From Botryllus schlosseri (lineage: Eukaryota), in assembly GCA_051294905.1 (NCBI GenBank), contig CM119371.1, forward strand, positions 6,822,001-6,886,000: 64,000 nt of DNA, written 5' to 3'. Shown one piece after another: positions 26,810-37,314 of the stretch (positions are counted from its first letter, which is position 1; each line of letters opens with the position of its first letter). The position numbers and the translations under genes were made by a program. The notes under the pieces are model-generated. The model searched no databases. It saw only the letters and a program-made list of their open reading frames with translations, and was not told where the DNA came from.

Positions 26810-29010
26810 TTTACCCCCTCCGAATTTGCTGGAAATCTGTGAGCCATATTTAATGCTTGATTTCTATGTCAGTTCGTAATGAGTAAATGCTGGATGTAGG
26901 AGTCTGTAGGCTATAAATATATGGTGTGATGATGTTAGGGAAGATAATATGTTGATATGAGAGTCCATGGGATTCCACTTGATTCATTTAAAACAGATAT
27001 TGTCTACACTGTAGATGGAATGTTTGCTATATATTTCTATATTGTCACCCATTCAGGATATTACAAAATTACACATAAACTCACATGTCGCCATCATGAT
27101 TCCTGGAAAGCTGGATGTCTAGATCTCTTCTTTTGATCGATGAAAAAGCCTGAAAGAAAATCTCATAATTACACAACAGTAAAATGAAACAGTGGTTCCA
27201 CCAGCCACCTGGAACTGCATAGAGAACAAAAGTATCAGAAAATACTTTCATTTGGTGTAGAAAATATATTGGTGTCCACAGTGAAGTGGTTCACTTTAGT
27301 TTATTCATTCCATCGTTACGGCATTACAGAGACGTCACATTGCTAGGTTTGTACAATTTAGGAAGATTTGGTTGTTCATTAAACTCTGACCTGTGCCCAA
27401 TGTCACATCAAAGATGTAATCAAGTACCGGTATCTCATATAAGAGACTTACTAAATGTGGCTTGAAAATATAGCCAGATAAAACTCATCTTGAATGACAA
27501 TTGATGAACTTGCTCTAAATTTGCACCTTGCTTGACTCTGACCCACAGAAAATCCTTGCCTGTGATGATGAAGAAAGGATACATCTGGTTAGAAATGATT
27601 CAAATTCGATCTTTCCAGTACCCAATGTGTTGAGACTTGTTGTTACAGATAGATATAAGATCGTCACTAATGGTTGAATTGAATTTATTGGTAATAATTT
27701 TATCATTTCAAAACACACGACCATAGCATTGATTGCAAATAGTCGAATCCGAAATCATTGATTTTACGGAAAATGAATTCAGAATTACTCACTTTTATCT
27801 CGTCGACAGAATTGTCAGACATTGCTGCATGTCAGATTCCAACTGATTGATATCGGTTGAGATTGTCATGCAAACTTCTTTTATCATCAAAGCCATTTCA
27901 CATCCGACGACTAGACCATTAAATGATAAGTTATAAATTATGATCGTCTGATTGCAATCCACTGTAACAAAATGAAGAGTGGTAATGAAAAGTAAAATCA
28001 ATGAATCTATATACAGCACAGGTTGCTCAACCCCGGCAATCATACCATATTATGATGTGATATAGCGAGTGCGATAGCCCCGCATAAAAACATAATCGAA
28101 ATGGTTTACGTTGAGTATGCATGCGTACAAATTTGATATCTTGATCATGGATGCAAAAAACGATGTCAATTTTTGATTCGGTGCCCCCAAATTTGTCAAA
28201 CATAATAAAAATAACCAGATGAACAAAAATTTCATATGATTTTATTTCGTACTTAATCATTGTTCATGCGCGATTATCATAAAGTAAGATAGGCATATAA
28301 ACTTGTACCTTGTAACCGAAGCTCTATTTGGAAGCACATACTGTTGTGAGTATACCTTTTGAAGAGTGAATACCTTGAGCAAATATCGTATGCGGCTCAA
28401 CAAGGAAGAGATCATCCACACTCATATGTAATTTTCAAGCATCGAGTCAATGAGTGTTGTGGGTTAGTTCATACGGGGGAGGGGGTGCAGACTAGAGGAC
28501 CGTGCTATAAAGGTCTCATCACATCTCCGTCGTCAAAGCATCTCGATGGTGTAGGCGAAAAAAGAATACCATCTCTCTCTCTCTCTCTGAATCATGGGAA
28601 GGGTAAAACTTATACCGCTTACAGTAATCAGTAGCTTCCCCACTACCGATATTGGCAATATAATCATAGTGGAATCAACTGTCCAAGTCATCAAATTCAT
28701 TGATCATATTTATATTGAGTAAGGAACTAAACACATGATGGGCTGTATCGACTACAATAGGCGGTAGGATTAGGCACTGTGGTACAAGTCATGAAGTATA
28801 TTTCCACAACATTACTGGTTACTAATTGCTGTTACGTTCATCAAATGATACCAATCTACCGAAAAGTAAATTACACTTTTAAAAACTAAACGATCGAAAT
28901 TCTGCTGATTTCAAACAAAAATTACACGATCTTCCAAGGAAATTATGATTGATATAGCTTGATGAGTTGAAAATTGTAATTGTGAGCGACTAATTTTTAT
29001 TCATGTCCCA
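26810..29010 (-). pseudogene. Decayed multi-exon gene, possibly C-type-lectin-domain (unit 2 copy)
   Basis: Candidate exons bounded by pyrimidine-rich acceptors and GTGAG-type donors that are conserved among paralogs (e.g. 27793-27961). There is a signal-peptide-like MKFLFIWLFLLC, and many stops and frameshifts. Confidence 0.45.
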
Positions 29011-29519
29011 GATATAGACTTGTACAAACTACTAAGCTAGTTATGTGATGGTCGAGGGTAGTTCTAATTACGGATTTTAAAATGTGAATAGTTTTAGTAT
29101 CGTCGTTTGGCGTGAATAGCGATACTGGTGTTCTTTTGAGTGACGTTTTTGCAGCTTTTGCTAGCTCAGAGTTAATACTGCTAACAGTGGCGTAGCCAGT
29201 GTGGGTTTTGGGGGGTGGAAATACGTCAAATTTCGAACTCCAAACCCTGTTCTTTTGAAACGCCGATTCTATTTCCATTACATATTTTTCTGCTCATTTC
29301 CAATTCAGTAATTCACATTACCAGTAATACAGTTGCTTCCGGATTGAATCGACTTAGTTGTGTTTTGGTTACCTAGTTACAGATTGTTAAAGCATGTTAA
29401 TTCTAGTTCTAGTGGCAAGTTTTGAAAAGCGAGTAGTTCAGTAGTTCTAGTTTTAGTAGAATTTTTGAAAAACCAGTAGGCCTACCGTAATTTGTACAAG
29501 TCTGCTGAAGTGAGAGTCA

Positions 29520-29870
29520 TTTTTATTTAATCACCCAGTCTATCCGAAACCGAGTAATTTTACGAGAAGGACGCACAAAACGAAATCACAATTTCAAGTC
29601 ACGAATCATCAACGGGTCATGTTCTATCGTCATGAACTAGAAATGCGACGTAATCGCTGATCTTCTACCACCTCGTTGCTTTTAAAAGTGATGTGATACT
29701 GAAGTTTGTTGAGATCCCAGTGATTTTTATAGTAGTTTTAGATTGAACTTTAAGCTCTTAAATCTAAAAAAACATATGGCACCTAAATATATTGTTGAAT
29801 ACTTGAAATTCCAAAATAGCGTCGCAGTCCGCACAAAATGCTCCCGTGGGCCGCGTGTTTGAGACCTATG
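29520..29870. mobile_element. Truncated hAT MITE abutting the stop codon of kelch paralog 2
   Basis: Ends GGGCCGCGTGTTTGAGACCTATG, 2 bp from the stop codon. Absent in paralogs 1 and 3; the left end was not found. Confidence 0.6.
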
Positions 29871-29872
29871 AT

Positions 29873-31483
29873 CTATCTCTTCACAAATACGGATCTGTAA
29901 ATGTCCATTTGTCTTGTAAATGTCCATTTGTCTTGCGATGTATCATACTTTTCAATTGCCTTAGACGTTCTGAAATCTGCTACTGCAATAATCCACTTGT
30001 CAATGTGATATGCAGAAACCCACCCATGACAAGCATTCATAGAAGATAATGAAGTCCACTGAGATGAAGTAACATCATAGCATTCAACTGTATTGATGAC
30101 CTTTCCACTCCATCCACCGATCACAAATATCTTCTGATCAACTGCAACAGCACCACTCTCATAAACAGGATATCTCATTGGGTCGAGATCAACCCACTCT
30201 GACGAGGATGGAGTGAATCTGCTGAATGAAGAAACTGGAATAAGATCTTGTCCTCTACCTCCGATACAATAGATGGAATCATTCAATGATACGAGACTTG
30301 CTGCACAAATCCCTGTAGGTTTGTCTTCTAGCTGAATCCATTGATTCACGGGTGGTTTAAATATTTCCACATCACATGTTGCTTCAAGATAACTTCCTCC
30401 GACAACGAGTATTGATCCTGACAAAGAAACTGAGCAAGGATCGGTTCCATGATCACAAATCATATCTTTCGTCCTTTCCCATTTTGAATTTTTGCTCTGA
30501 AAATTGAGTCGATGAACTGATCTATTCTCACATAAAACGTAGATATACGAGCCTAGAGAAATTGCCGAAAAATTTGTTAAATTCAGAAACTTCTCATCAT
30601 GAAACTTCTCTACTTTCTCTGTTACTGGATTGAAGGATCGGATACAATCTGCCTTAGGATCAAAAAGAATTATCAATTCATCTTTTCCAATTTTTTCGTT
30701 TGTTTTGTGTGATGCTTTATACGTTTTCAAAAGATGTCCATTGATCAACTTGTACAGTCCAAAGTCGTTACTGATAACTACGTTTGATTCCAAAAGACAT
30801 TCTAAAAATGCCGGAGAGACTTTATGAAACTTGATTGCTTCGAGACAATCGCGCAAATGTTCTACATTATTGCGATTTTTCTCAACCCAATTGAACAATA
30901 CCGTTAGTTTTTCTTCTTCGCATAACTTTGATTGTTCCAACATCACATATTTGAGGAAGTTAGTTTTTTCAATGCTTCCAAATTCCGATTGATTTGATAT
31001 TTCCATGATATTTTCAAGAAAAAACGCTCTACATCGCGTAGACACGGCATCCAGTCCATACATATCGGCGACATTTCTTGTAGAAAAGTAATTCTTAACA
31101 TTAATTGATTCCACCAAAACGTCAGATATTGCCTGTTTCACATCTTCCAACTGCAACATGATCGCGACATGAATAAGATTATTCATCTTTTCTTCAGGAA
31201 TCTCAAATCTGCCGGAATATATGAAATCAATGCAGCTTTTCACACACCGAGAATCAACGTCTTTCAAAACAACTTTTCCTTCACGATTCTCTTTTGTGTC
31301 GTGTTTTAACATAGCTTTGAAATAAGCACAACCAGCCAACAATACATTTCTGTGAGTGTAGTAGACATCATCTCCCACTTGAATTATGAAATCACAATGA
31401 TCGTTTTCTTGCTTCATTCGATGTAATTCTTCCATCATCTTCACTGAATGTTTCTCTACATTTGGACACACAATCTGCACCAT
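29873..31483 (-). CDS. BTB-BACK-Kelch protein, paralog 2, 536 aa from the ATG at 31483
   Basis: Colinear with paralog 1. The ORF track starts at an upstream TTG; the shared ATG (MVQIVC) is at 31483. The C-terminus has been remodelled by an indel. Confidence 0.93.
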   Translation of the reverse strand: MVQIVCPNVEKHSVKMMEELHRMKQENDHCDFIIQVGDDVYYTHRNVLLAGCAYFKAMLKHDTKENREGKVVLKDVDSRCVKSCIDFIYSGRFEIPEEKMNNLIHVAIMLQLEDVKQAISDVLVESINVKNYFSTRNVADMYGLDAVSTRCRAFFLENIMEISNQSEFGSIEKTNFLKYVMLEQSKLCEEEKLTVLFNWVEKNRNNVEHLRDCLEAIKFHKVSPAFLECLLESNVVISNDFGLYKLINGHLLKTYKASHKTNEKIGKDELIILFDPKADCIRSFNPVTEKVEKFHDEKFLNLTNFSAISLGSYIYVLCENRSVHRLNFQSKNSKWERTKDMICDHGTDPCSVSLSGSILVVGGSYLEATCDVEIFKPPVNQWIQLEDKPTGICAASLVSLNDSIYCIGGRGQDLIPVSSFSRFTPSSSEWVDLDPMRYPVYESGAVAVDQKIFVIGGWSGKVINTVECYDVTSSQWTSLSSMNACHGWVSAYHIDKWIIAVADFRTSKAIEKYDTSQDKWTFTRQMDIYRSVFVKR

Positions 31484-34180
31484 GCTTGTCAATCATCCAC
31501 AATTGGCTATAATTATAGAGTGATCCTACGATTATTATGATATAGTCAAGCACTGTTATTGAAGGAAAGATGATGAGTAGGGCGATTTTCTTGAGATGTC
31601 AATATAAGTCTAAATTGAAGCGCTAGGTCAAAAATTGTTCACAAAGTCAAAATTTGTGTGACCTCTGCATTTCGTTTGTCCAGTAGATTTTGCACTGTCG
31701 GTGAACTTATCATTGTCCGCTCATTGTGAATCATAAATGGTATCAAGCAGACACTACTAATAAGCATTGGTCAGAAACGAAATTTATGAAATAGTCAAAT
31801 AGCATACGTGTAGTCTACATGCACTTAGTCAAGTATTCAAGGACTTGGACTTGCAGTCTTTCTTAATCATTTGTTCGACCCAAGCAGCTGAGCTACAGTA
31901 CATGTATTTTCAATTTGGTCAAGTGGGAAGCAGCGTTCGGTTATACTTACATTAATTACACAATTTAACGAAACCAGATAAACAACAACCTGATATTATT
32001 CAAAACACTGAGGCGAAGTGTAGATGTCAAACAAGCAGTAGTAACTAAAGCGAAAGAATCAAAACTTCTGTACAATATCATCTATACATAGTGACCATTA
32101 GAATATGCAACCTAAATTGCATATTTTCCTTAAGTAAAAGAAACCGTTATTGGCTTTGGGAATAGTGAGGATTAACACATCTGCGAAATGCAGTGGTTCT
32201 TGACCTTTTCATGGATGCAGCCCAATTTTCATTTCGCAAATATGCCATGATCCACAACTCAGCCTCAATTTCTATCTAAGCGGTGGCAATATGGCAGGTT
32301 TAGAGAGGTGACCTATTTAATGGGTGTTACATCACAATTCCCTTGTCATTGACATAAGTTATTGTTCAACTCAATAGCAGGTTGTAAATTGAGCATGGGG
32401 CGTCAATATCATTAACGAGCGGCACAGTGAAATTTTACGATTCTTCAAGGGATATCTGGACCTCGACAACTAGAACTTTTCAGATTTTTCAAATTAGGGC
32501 AAAATCAGAATAATAGCTACACTGTTTTTTTTTCAAATTAAGGGTAAAATCAGAATTATAGCTGAACATTATTTTCCAAACTAGATAAAAATTAGAAATA
32601 TAGTTACACTTTTTTCCAAATTATATTAGAATAGCCGAGTTCACGAAAACTTGGACATTAAATCAAGTTCAGTTCATATCAAATCATCGTTGCGAGCACG
32701 ATCAAGTCAAATGTCTGTACCGCAAGCTTAGCTCGTTTTGAGCTATACAGTTCTTCTGTAGCATTTGCAGGAAAACCGGAAATTAGATTAGAATTAAAAT
32801 TAGAGCATAGAAACATTTCTGAAATTAAATTTTAATTAGAGAAAGGGCACATTTCACGAAATCGATTACGTGCATTTCAATCGAATCAGTCAAATTGGAC
32901 AACTAAAATTATCTAGTTGTCCAAGTAGGTCTGGACAGTCTCCGCCTTATTGGGTCAACTGTGTGATTTGGAGCCCGAGTTGGATTGTTACTTGGTGCCT
33001 GCAGTGCGCTTTGCCTGGTCACTAGATGTCGACAAAATGAAGGAGGCGCTTTTCGTAATGAGTTCACGACAAATGTGAAATTTTGTCGGTGTCTGCTTCT
33101 GTGACAACCTGCGATCCAGTGATGGGGCTGGGGTTTAAATTTTACGAATTCTGCGTTTGGCTGCTTCGAGCCACCGCATTCTTACTCCCCTTCAAAATTT
33201 TCCGGGTATGCGCTGCTTCACGTCCTCCTAGATCTGCAAAAAATAGTAGCGAGTCAGTCAATACTAGCATTGGAATCACATGTTATTAGGATATTTTACA
33301 AATCCCGGGATTTCGAGAAAGCATCTTCTAGAGCAGTGGTTCTCAACCGGGGGTCCGCGGAGCCTCAAAATAGTTGATAAGCTAATTTGTATTTTTTCAA
33401 ATTCGGAAAATCACGAGGCACTTTCGCTTCATTACTCGAAAGAGTGCGGGGCTGACATCAACAGAATGGCAGTCTGAGGTGAAATATCAGACTCATTTTA
33501 ATTGCTAAATAGCGATAGCCTAGGGATACAAACATTTTTCTGTTACGAGATGTTTTGTTGGATGAGTAAGGTCAGGCACGGTGATTTCAAAATGTTTACA
33601 AAAACCCATTTTCTCTTTAGATAACCATTTTTCCATAACAACTTCACGATAAACTGCTAGATAGAAATGACCAGGATTGTGATAAGGGGCGTGCAGCTTC
33701 TCCAGTCGGCTGGTCCGATATGGAAAAATTAGGTACTGGAGGCGGACCAGATTCCTGAGTTGATACATAAATCGTGTATTTATCCACCTATATATCTATT
33801 GCAGAGGTGGGCAACCTTTTTGGCGTCCACGGCCGCATTTCGAATACTTCGGCGCCATACGGCCGCCAGCCATATGTGAGTTGACTAAAAAAATCTCAAT
33901 CTTCCGTTTTGAATCCCGAAATACCCGTTAACGTTATTTGGGTTGATAAAGTCAACCATACCCATTGTCGTCGCGAATGCCGAAATCCACATTTCACGCC
34001 ACTTTAGTGCAATCCACAAGCTTGAAGACGCGGTATAATTGCCTACGAAGACATTTGGCCGCCCTCGGAGGACATTTTAGCTTTGTTTAAAAACTTAATT
34101 TCTACTAATCTTATCATATCTAATAAATACCAAACATATTTTGAAACGAATATATTTAAGGAAAGTCTCTAACATTGAAA

Positions 34181-35998
34181 TCAGTGACTTCCTTGATTTT
34201 GCATACGAGATGACAAACTTGCAAAATTGGGAACCTCACGCGACACCATAAGTCTTAGTTGCGACTCTAGGTTTCCGTTCAGTAAGCGAGTTCGGTACTC
34301 GTTTTTCAGGTATTTCATTTGCGAAAAGGCAGACTCGCACACGTAAGTGCTTCCGAAAATAACAAGAGTTTCTTTAGCCAATTCTCGCAAAAGTGGATAT
34401 TCATGGGCCATTTTCCACGTGTCAATCAAATTCTCCTCGCACTTGAACTTTGTCACAAGCTGCTCATCATTCTTCAATTCCAACAGCTCCATCTGAAGGT
34501 GTGGCGGTGCACTTTCCGTTTCCACCAGGTGTGGAAAGGCAACAAGTCGTAATGTATGTGATATTTTTTGGAAATCTTTGAAACGATCTGCGAAATCCTG
34601 CAACACAGTATCAAAAATCCCCGAAAATAAAGTGATCGGAATCTTTTCTACCTTTATTTCGCAGCTGTCGATGAGAGACTTAAGTTGTGTAAAATGGAAA
34701 AAATCACGCTGCTGAATATGAAGTTTAAGGAGACGACATTTGTCACGAAAATCCGATACTTTTTTGTACATGGTGCATATCGTTGCTTCTTTTCCTTGTA
34801 GGCTTCGGTTTAAAATGTTAACATGGGACAGAAAATCCACAAGAAACGCCAAATATATGACAAAGCTCTCATTTTGTAAGGGGCAGTCTTTATTTTTTGT
34901 GGAATAAAATTCCAGTATTTCTTCTCGCAACTGTAGAACACGACGAGATGTGTCTCCTTGGGACAACCAACGTACTGCGGCGTGGTAGAGAATGTCTTCT
35001 GCCGACGTTTCGCGCTCTTGCAGAAGTTCTTGAAATTGCCTATGATGAAGACCATTTGCACGAATGTACAAGATGATGCGATTGACGTCTTTCAGAGTGT
35101 CATTTAAGGCAACAGATTTGACACTCAAGGCTTCTTGGTGGATAATACAATGAAGGTTTGTGAGCTGGTTATTATCGTACTCTTTCGACACGAATTCTGA
35201 AAATCTTGTCACAAAGCCATTTGTGTTACCTATCATTGCAGGTGCTCCATCTGTACAAATACCGCGAAGATTTTTCAAGTCTAATCCATTGCGAATGCAA
35301 GCATTCTTAACAGCCCCAAATATGTCTTCACCACGAGTGTGGGTGGAGAGTGTTTCCATTGAGAGCAGATCTTCGCAGAACTCAAAATTTGGAGACAGAG
35401 AGCGAATGAAGATCAATAGTTGTGCAGAGTCCTTAATGTCAGTCGATTCGTCGATAGCCAGTGAAAATAAAGTTGCTTCCTCATTAACCTTTGTCTGTAT
35501 GGAGATCGTCAACTGTTTGGCGATATCATCTTGCCGACGCTGAATTGTACGACGCGAGAGAGGAATTGGAGAATAATCAGTTTCCTTACCAGGATGAATG
35601 CACCTAACAACGTCCACGAGACATCGCTTATGTAGTTCGCCATCTGAATAAGGCTTTCCCGCTGCACCAAGATGATATGCGACTATATAAGACGCTTCGC
35701 ACAACTTATTTTTCGACTGAATGAAAGCTGATATGCAAGATGTCTGCATTTGCACACTTTTCTTCAAACTTTCGAGACGACTTTTCCTCGACTCACCCAC
35801 CATTTTTGCGTACTTGTGTGACTCATGACGACGAAAATGCTGCCTTGCATTATCTCCTTTAACAGTTTTGACCACTTGATTGCATATCAGACACATCATA
35901 GTATGGGCTGCCGTTTCTACCATAAAATAATCCAACTCCCATTTGATATTAAATGCCCTCTTCTCCTCTGTTACTGTTCTTTTTCGTTTTACTGACAT
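34181..35998 (-). CDS. hAT transposase, Buster/SPIN/GTF2IRD2-like group, copy A, 605 aa from the ATG
   Basis: Contains an N-terminal zinc finger (CLIC..HFRRH), the catalytic motifs AIDESTD and CTDGAPAM, CxxH (HCIIHQE), RW (VRWLS) and the C-terminal dimerisation motif FGSTYVCESAFS. The ORF is intact. The likely ATG (MSVKRKR) is at 35998; the track starts at GTG 36100. Confidence 0.95.
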   Translation of the reverse strand: MSVKRKRTVTEEKRAFNIKWELDYFMVETAAHTMMCLICNQVVKTVKGDNARQHFRRHESHKYAKMVGESRKSRLESLKKSVQMQTSCISAFIQSKNKLCEASYIVAYHLGAAGKPYSDGELHKRCLVDVVRCIHPGKETDYSPIPLSRRTIQRRQDDIAKQLTISIQTKVNEEATLFSLAIDESTDIKDSAQLLIFIRSLSPNFEFCEDLLSMETLSTHTRGEDIFGAVKNACIRNGLDLKNLRGICTDGAPAMIGNTNGFVTRFSEFVSKEYDNNQLTNLHCIIHQEALSVKSVALNDTLKDVNRIILYIRANGLHHRQFQELLQERETSAEDILYHAAVRWLSQGDTSRRVLQLREEILEFYSTKNKDCPLQNESFVIYLAFLVDFLSHVNILNRSLQGKEATICTMYKKVSDFRDKCRLLKLHIQQRDFFHFTQLKSLIDSCEIKVEKIPITLFSGIFDTVLQDFADRFKDFQKISHTLRLVAFPHLVETESAPPHLQMELLELKNDEQLVTKFKCEENLIDTWKMAHEYPLLRELAKETLVIFGSTYVCESAFSQMKYLKNEYRTRLLNGNLESQLRLMVSREVPNFASLSSRMQNQGSH

Positions 35999-36602
35999 AT
36001 TGCGATGTAGACCAACTTTATAATGTAATTGGGCTATAAGGAAAAAGTTTTGTCTCAATGTATTATTCTCTTTCCGTTTGCTCAATACACCCACACCCAC
36101 TCAATGTTATCCGCTTACCAAGGCTTTTATAACTACGGTTCAACCTATCGCAGTATCGCCAATAGGCCCCTCACATTTGGACTTCGCGACAAGACTGACT
36201 AAGCTTAGTCCTTGGTCCTCATACTTAACCGACATTTGCGAAGTGTGACGTAACAATGCAATAATAAAACGCTAGGCGAAGTCAGCTTTACCGGCAACCG
36301 GTAGTCATGACAAGTGACGACTGGAAATAAAATTATCCAATTCACTGAAGGCGTTACACAGACAATTACGGGTTCATGTTAATGGAAACTTTCAAGATTG
36401 TATAGAAACTCCTTCTGTCCACATACATGAGGATTGGTCAATTTCATAATGGTTGACTCCAATACATACAGATGAGAAGCAGATCTCTATATTTAGCAAT
36501 CATTATTGTGCCCTCAACTCTCGATAAAGTGCACGATAGTCGCATATTCGTATCGCAGGAAGCCTAATAAGCAAATCTGAAATTGAAGAACCCGGACTAG
36601 GA

Positions 36603-36684
36603 CGGGGCTCGTTCACTTTCGGACCAAAAACACATTTTCCCCGTAAGGATGTAGTGAGTTTGGTCCGAAAGTGAACGAGCCCCG
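36603..36684. repeat. 26-bp perfect inverted repeat (hairpin) in the hAT 5' non-coding region; also at 40116-40197
   Basis: CGGGGCTCGTTCACTTTCGGACCAAA ... TTTGGTCCGAAAGTGAACGAGCCCCG. Confidence 0.9.
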
Positions 36685-36952
36685 CAGGTCCGTCTTTTAG
36701 TGGGTAGATTGCAGTATTATATTATGTCGCTAAAAGCAGCTGGAAACGCAGTCACTGAGTATGCAGTGAAAGAGTTTACCACAGTGATTTAACAATACCC
36801 TCCATCGTCGTAATAAGTTTTATCATACATGTAACATATGATCCATCAACACACGGCCGCCAGCACATGCATTTCACATCACGCGCTCACGGCCGCACAA
36901 TTATGCCTCCACGGCCGCATGCGGCCGTACGGCCGCAGGTTGCCCACCCCTG

Positions 36953-37314
36953 GCCTACAGTTACAACTCTGCTACCAGATTGTTGCAATTCAAAAGTTAC
37001 GTCGAATGAGCCTATCGGCGTATTCCTGGCTATTGTAGTTTAGGAGATATTGGCAGATTTAGCCATTTTGGGGGGTATGAAAATTTATGAAAAGTTCAAT
37101 TCCACCAAGATTTCTCTATGTTCCCGAGGGCCTACAGTTACAACTCTGCTACCAGATTGTTGCAATTCAAAAGTTACGTCGAATGAGCCTATCGGCGTAT
37201 TCCTGGCTATTGTAGTTTAGGAGATATTGGCAGATTTAGCCATTTTGGGGGGTATGAAAATTTATGAAAAGTTCAATTCCACCAAGATTTCTCTATGTTC
37301 CCGAGGGCCTACAG
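36953..37314. repeat. Two identical 177-bp tandem monomers plus 8 bp (satellite-like cargo between the hAT copies)
   Basis: GCCTACAG recurs at 36953, 37130 and 37307 (period 177). The two monomers read identical, and I found no copy elsewhere in the window. Confidence 0.92.

Larger units (their letters stand above)
33802..36952 (-). mobile_element. Autonomous hAT (Buster-type) transposon, copy A, 3151 bp
   Basis: 16-bp TIRs CAGAGGTGGGCAACCT / AGGTTGCCCACCCCTG (1 mismatch) and subterminal ACGGCCGC repeats at both ends. Left flank ATCTATTG, right flank GCCTACAG. Confidence 0.95.

Noticed and set aside
27500..28260. Mitochondrial insertion or alternative genetic code explaining the hydrophobic, stop-rich frames
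   Set aside because: There are no mitochondrial protein motifs, and TAA/TAG stops and frameshifts remain even with TGA read as Trp.
35160..35543. Plus-strand ORFs overlapping the transposase and kelch genes (also 12104-12565, 30630-30827, 38673-39056, 47719-48506)
   Set aside because: These are antisense shadow frames of the real minus-strand genes.
34181..36100. Domesticated GTF2IRD2/ZBED-type host gene
   Set aside because: The ORF is flanked by intact TIRs and TSDs and is duplicated identically, so it is a transposon rather than a domesticated gene.
36953..37314. 177-bp repeat as a CRISPR-like or coding cargo
   Set aside because: There are only two identical head-to-tail units, with no spacers and no convincing ORF.
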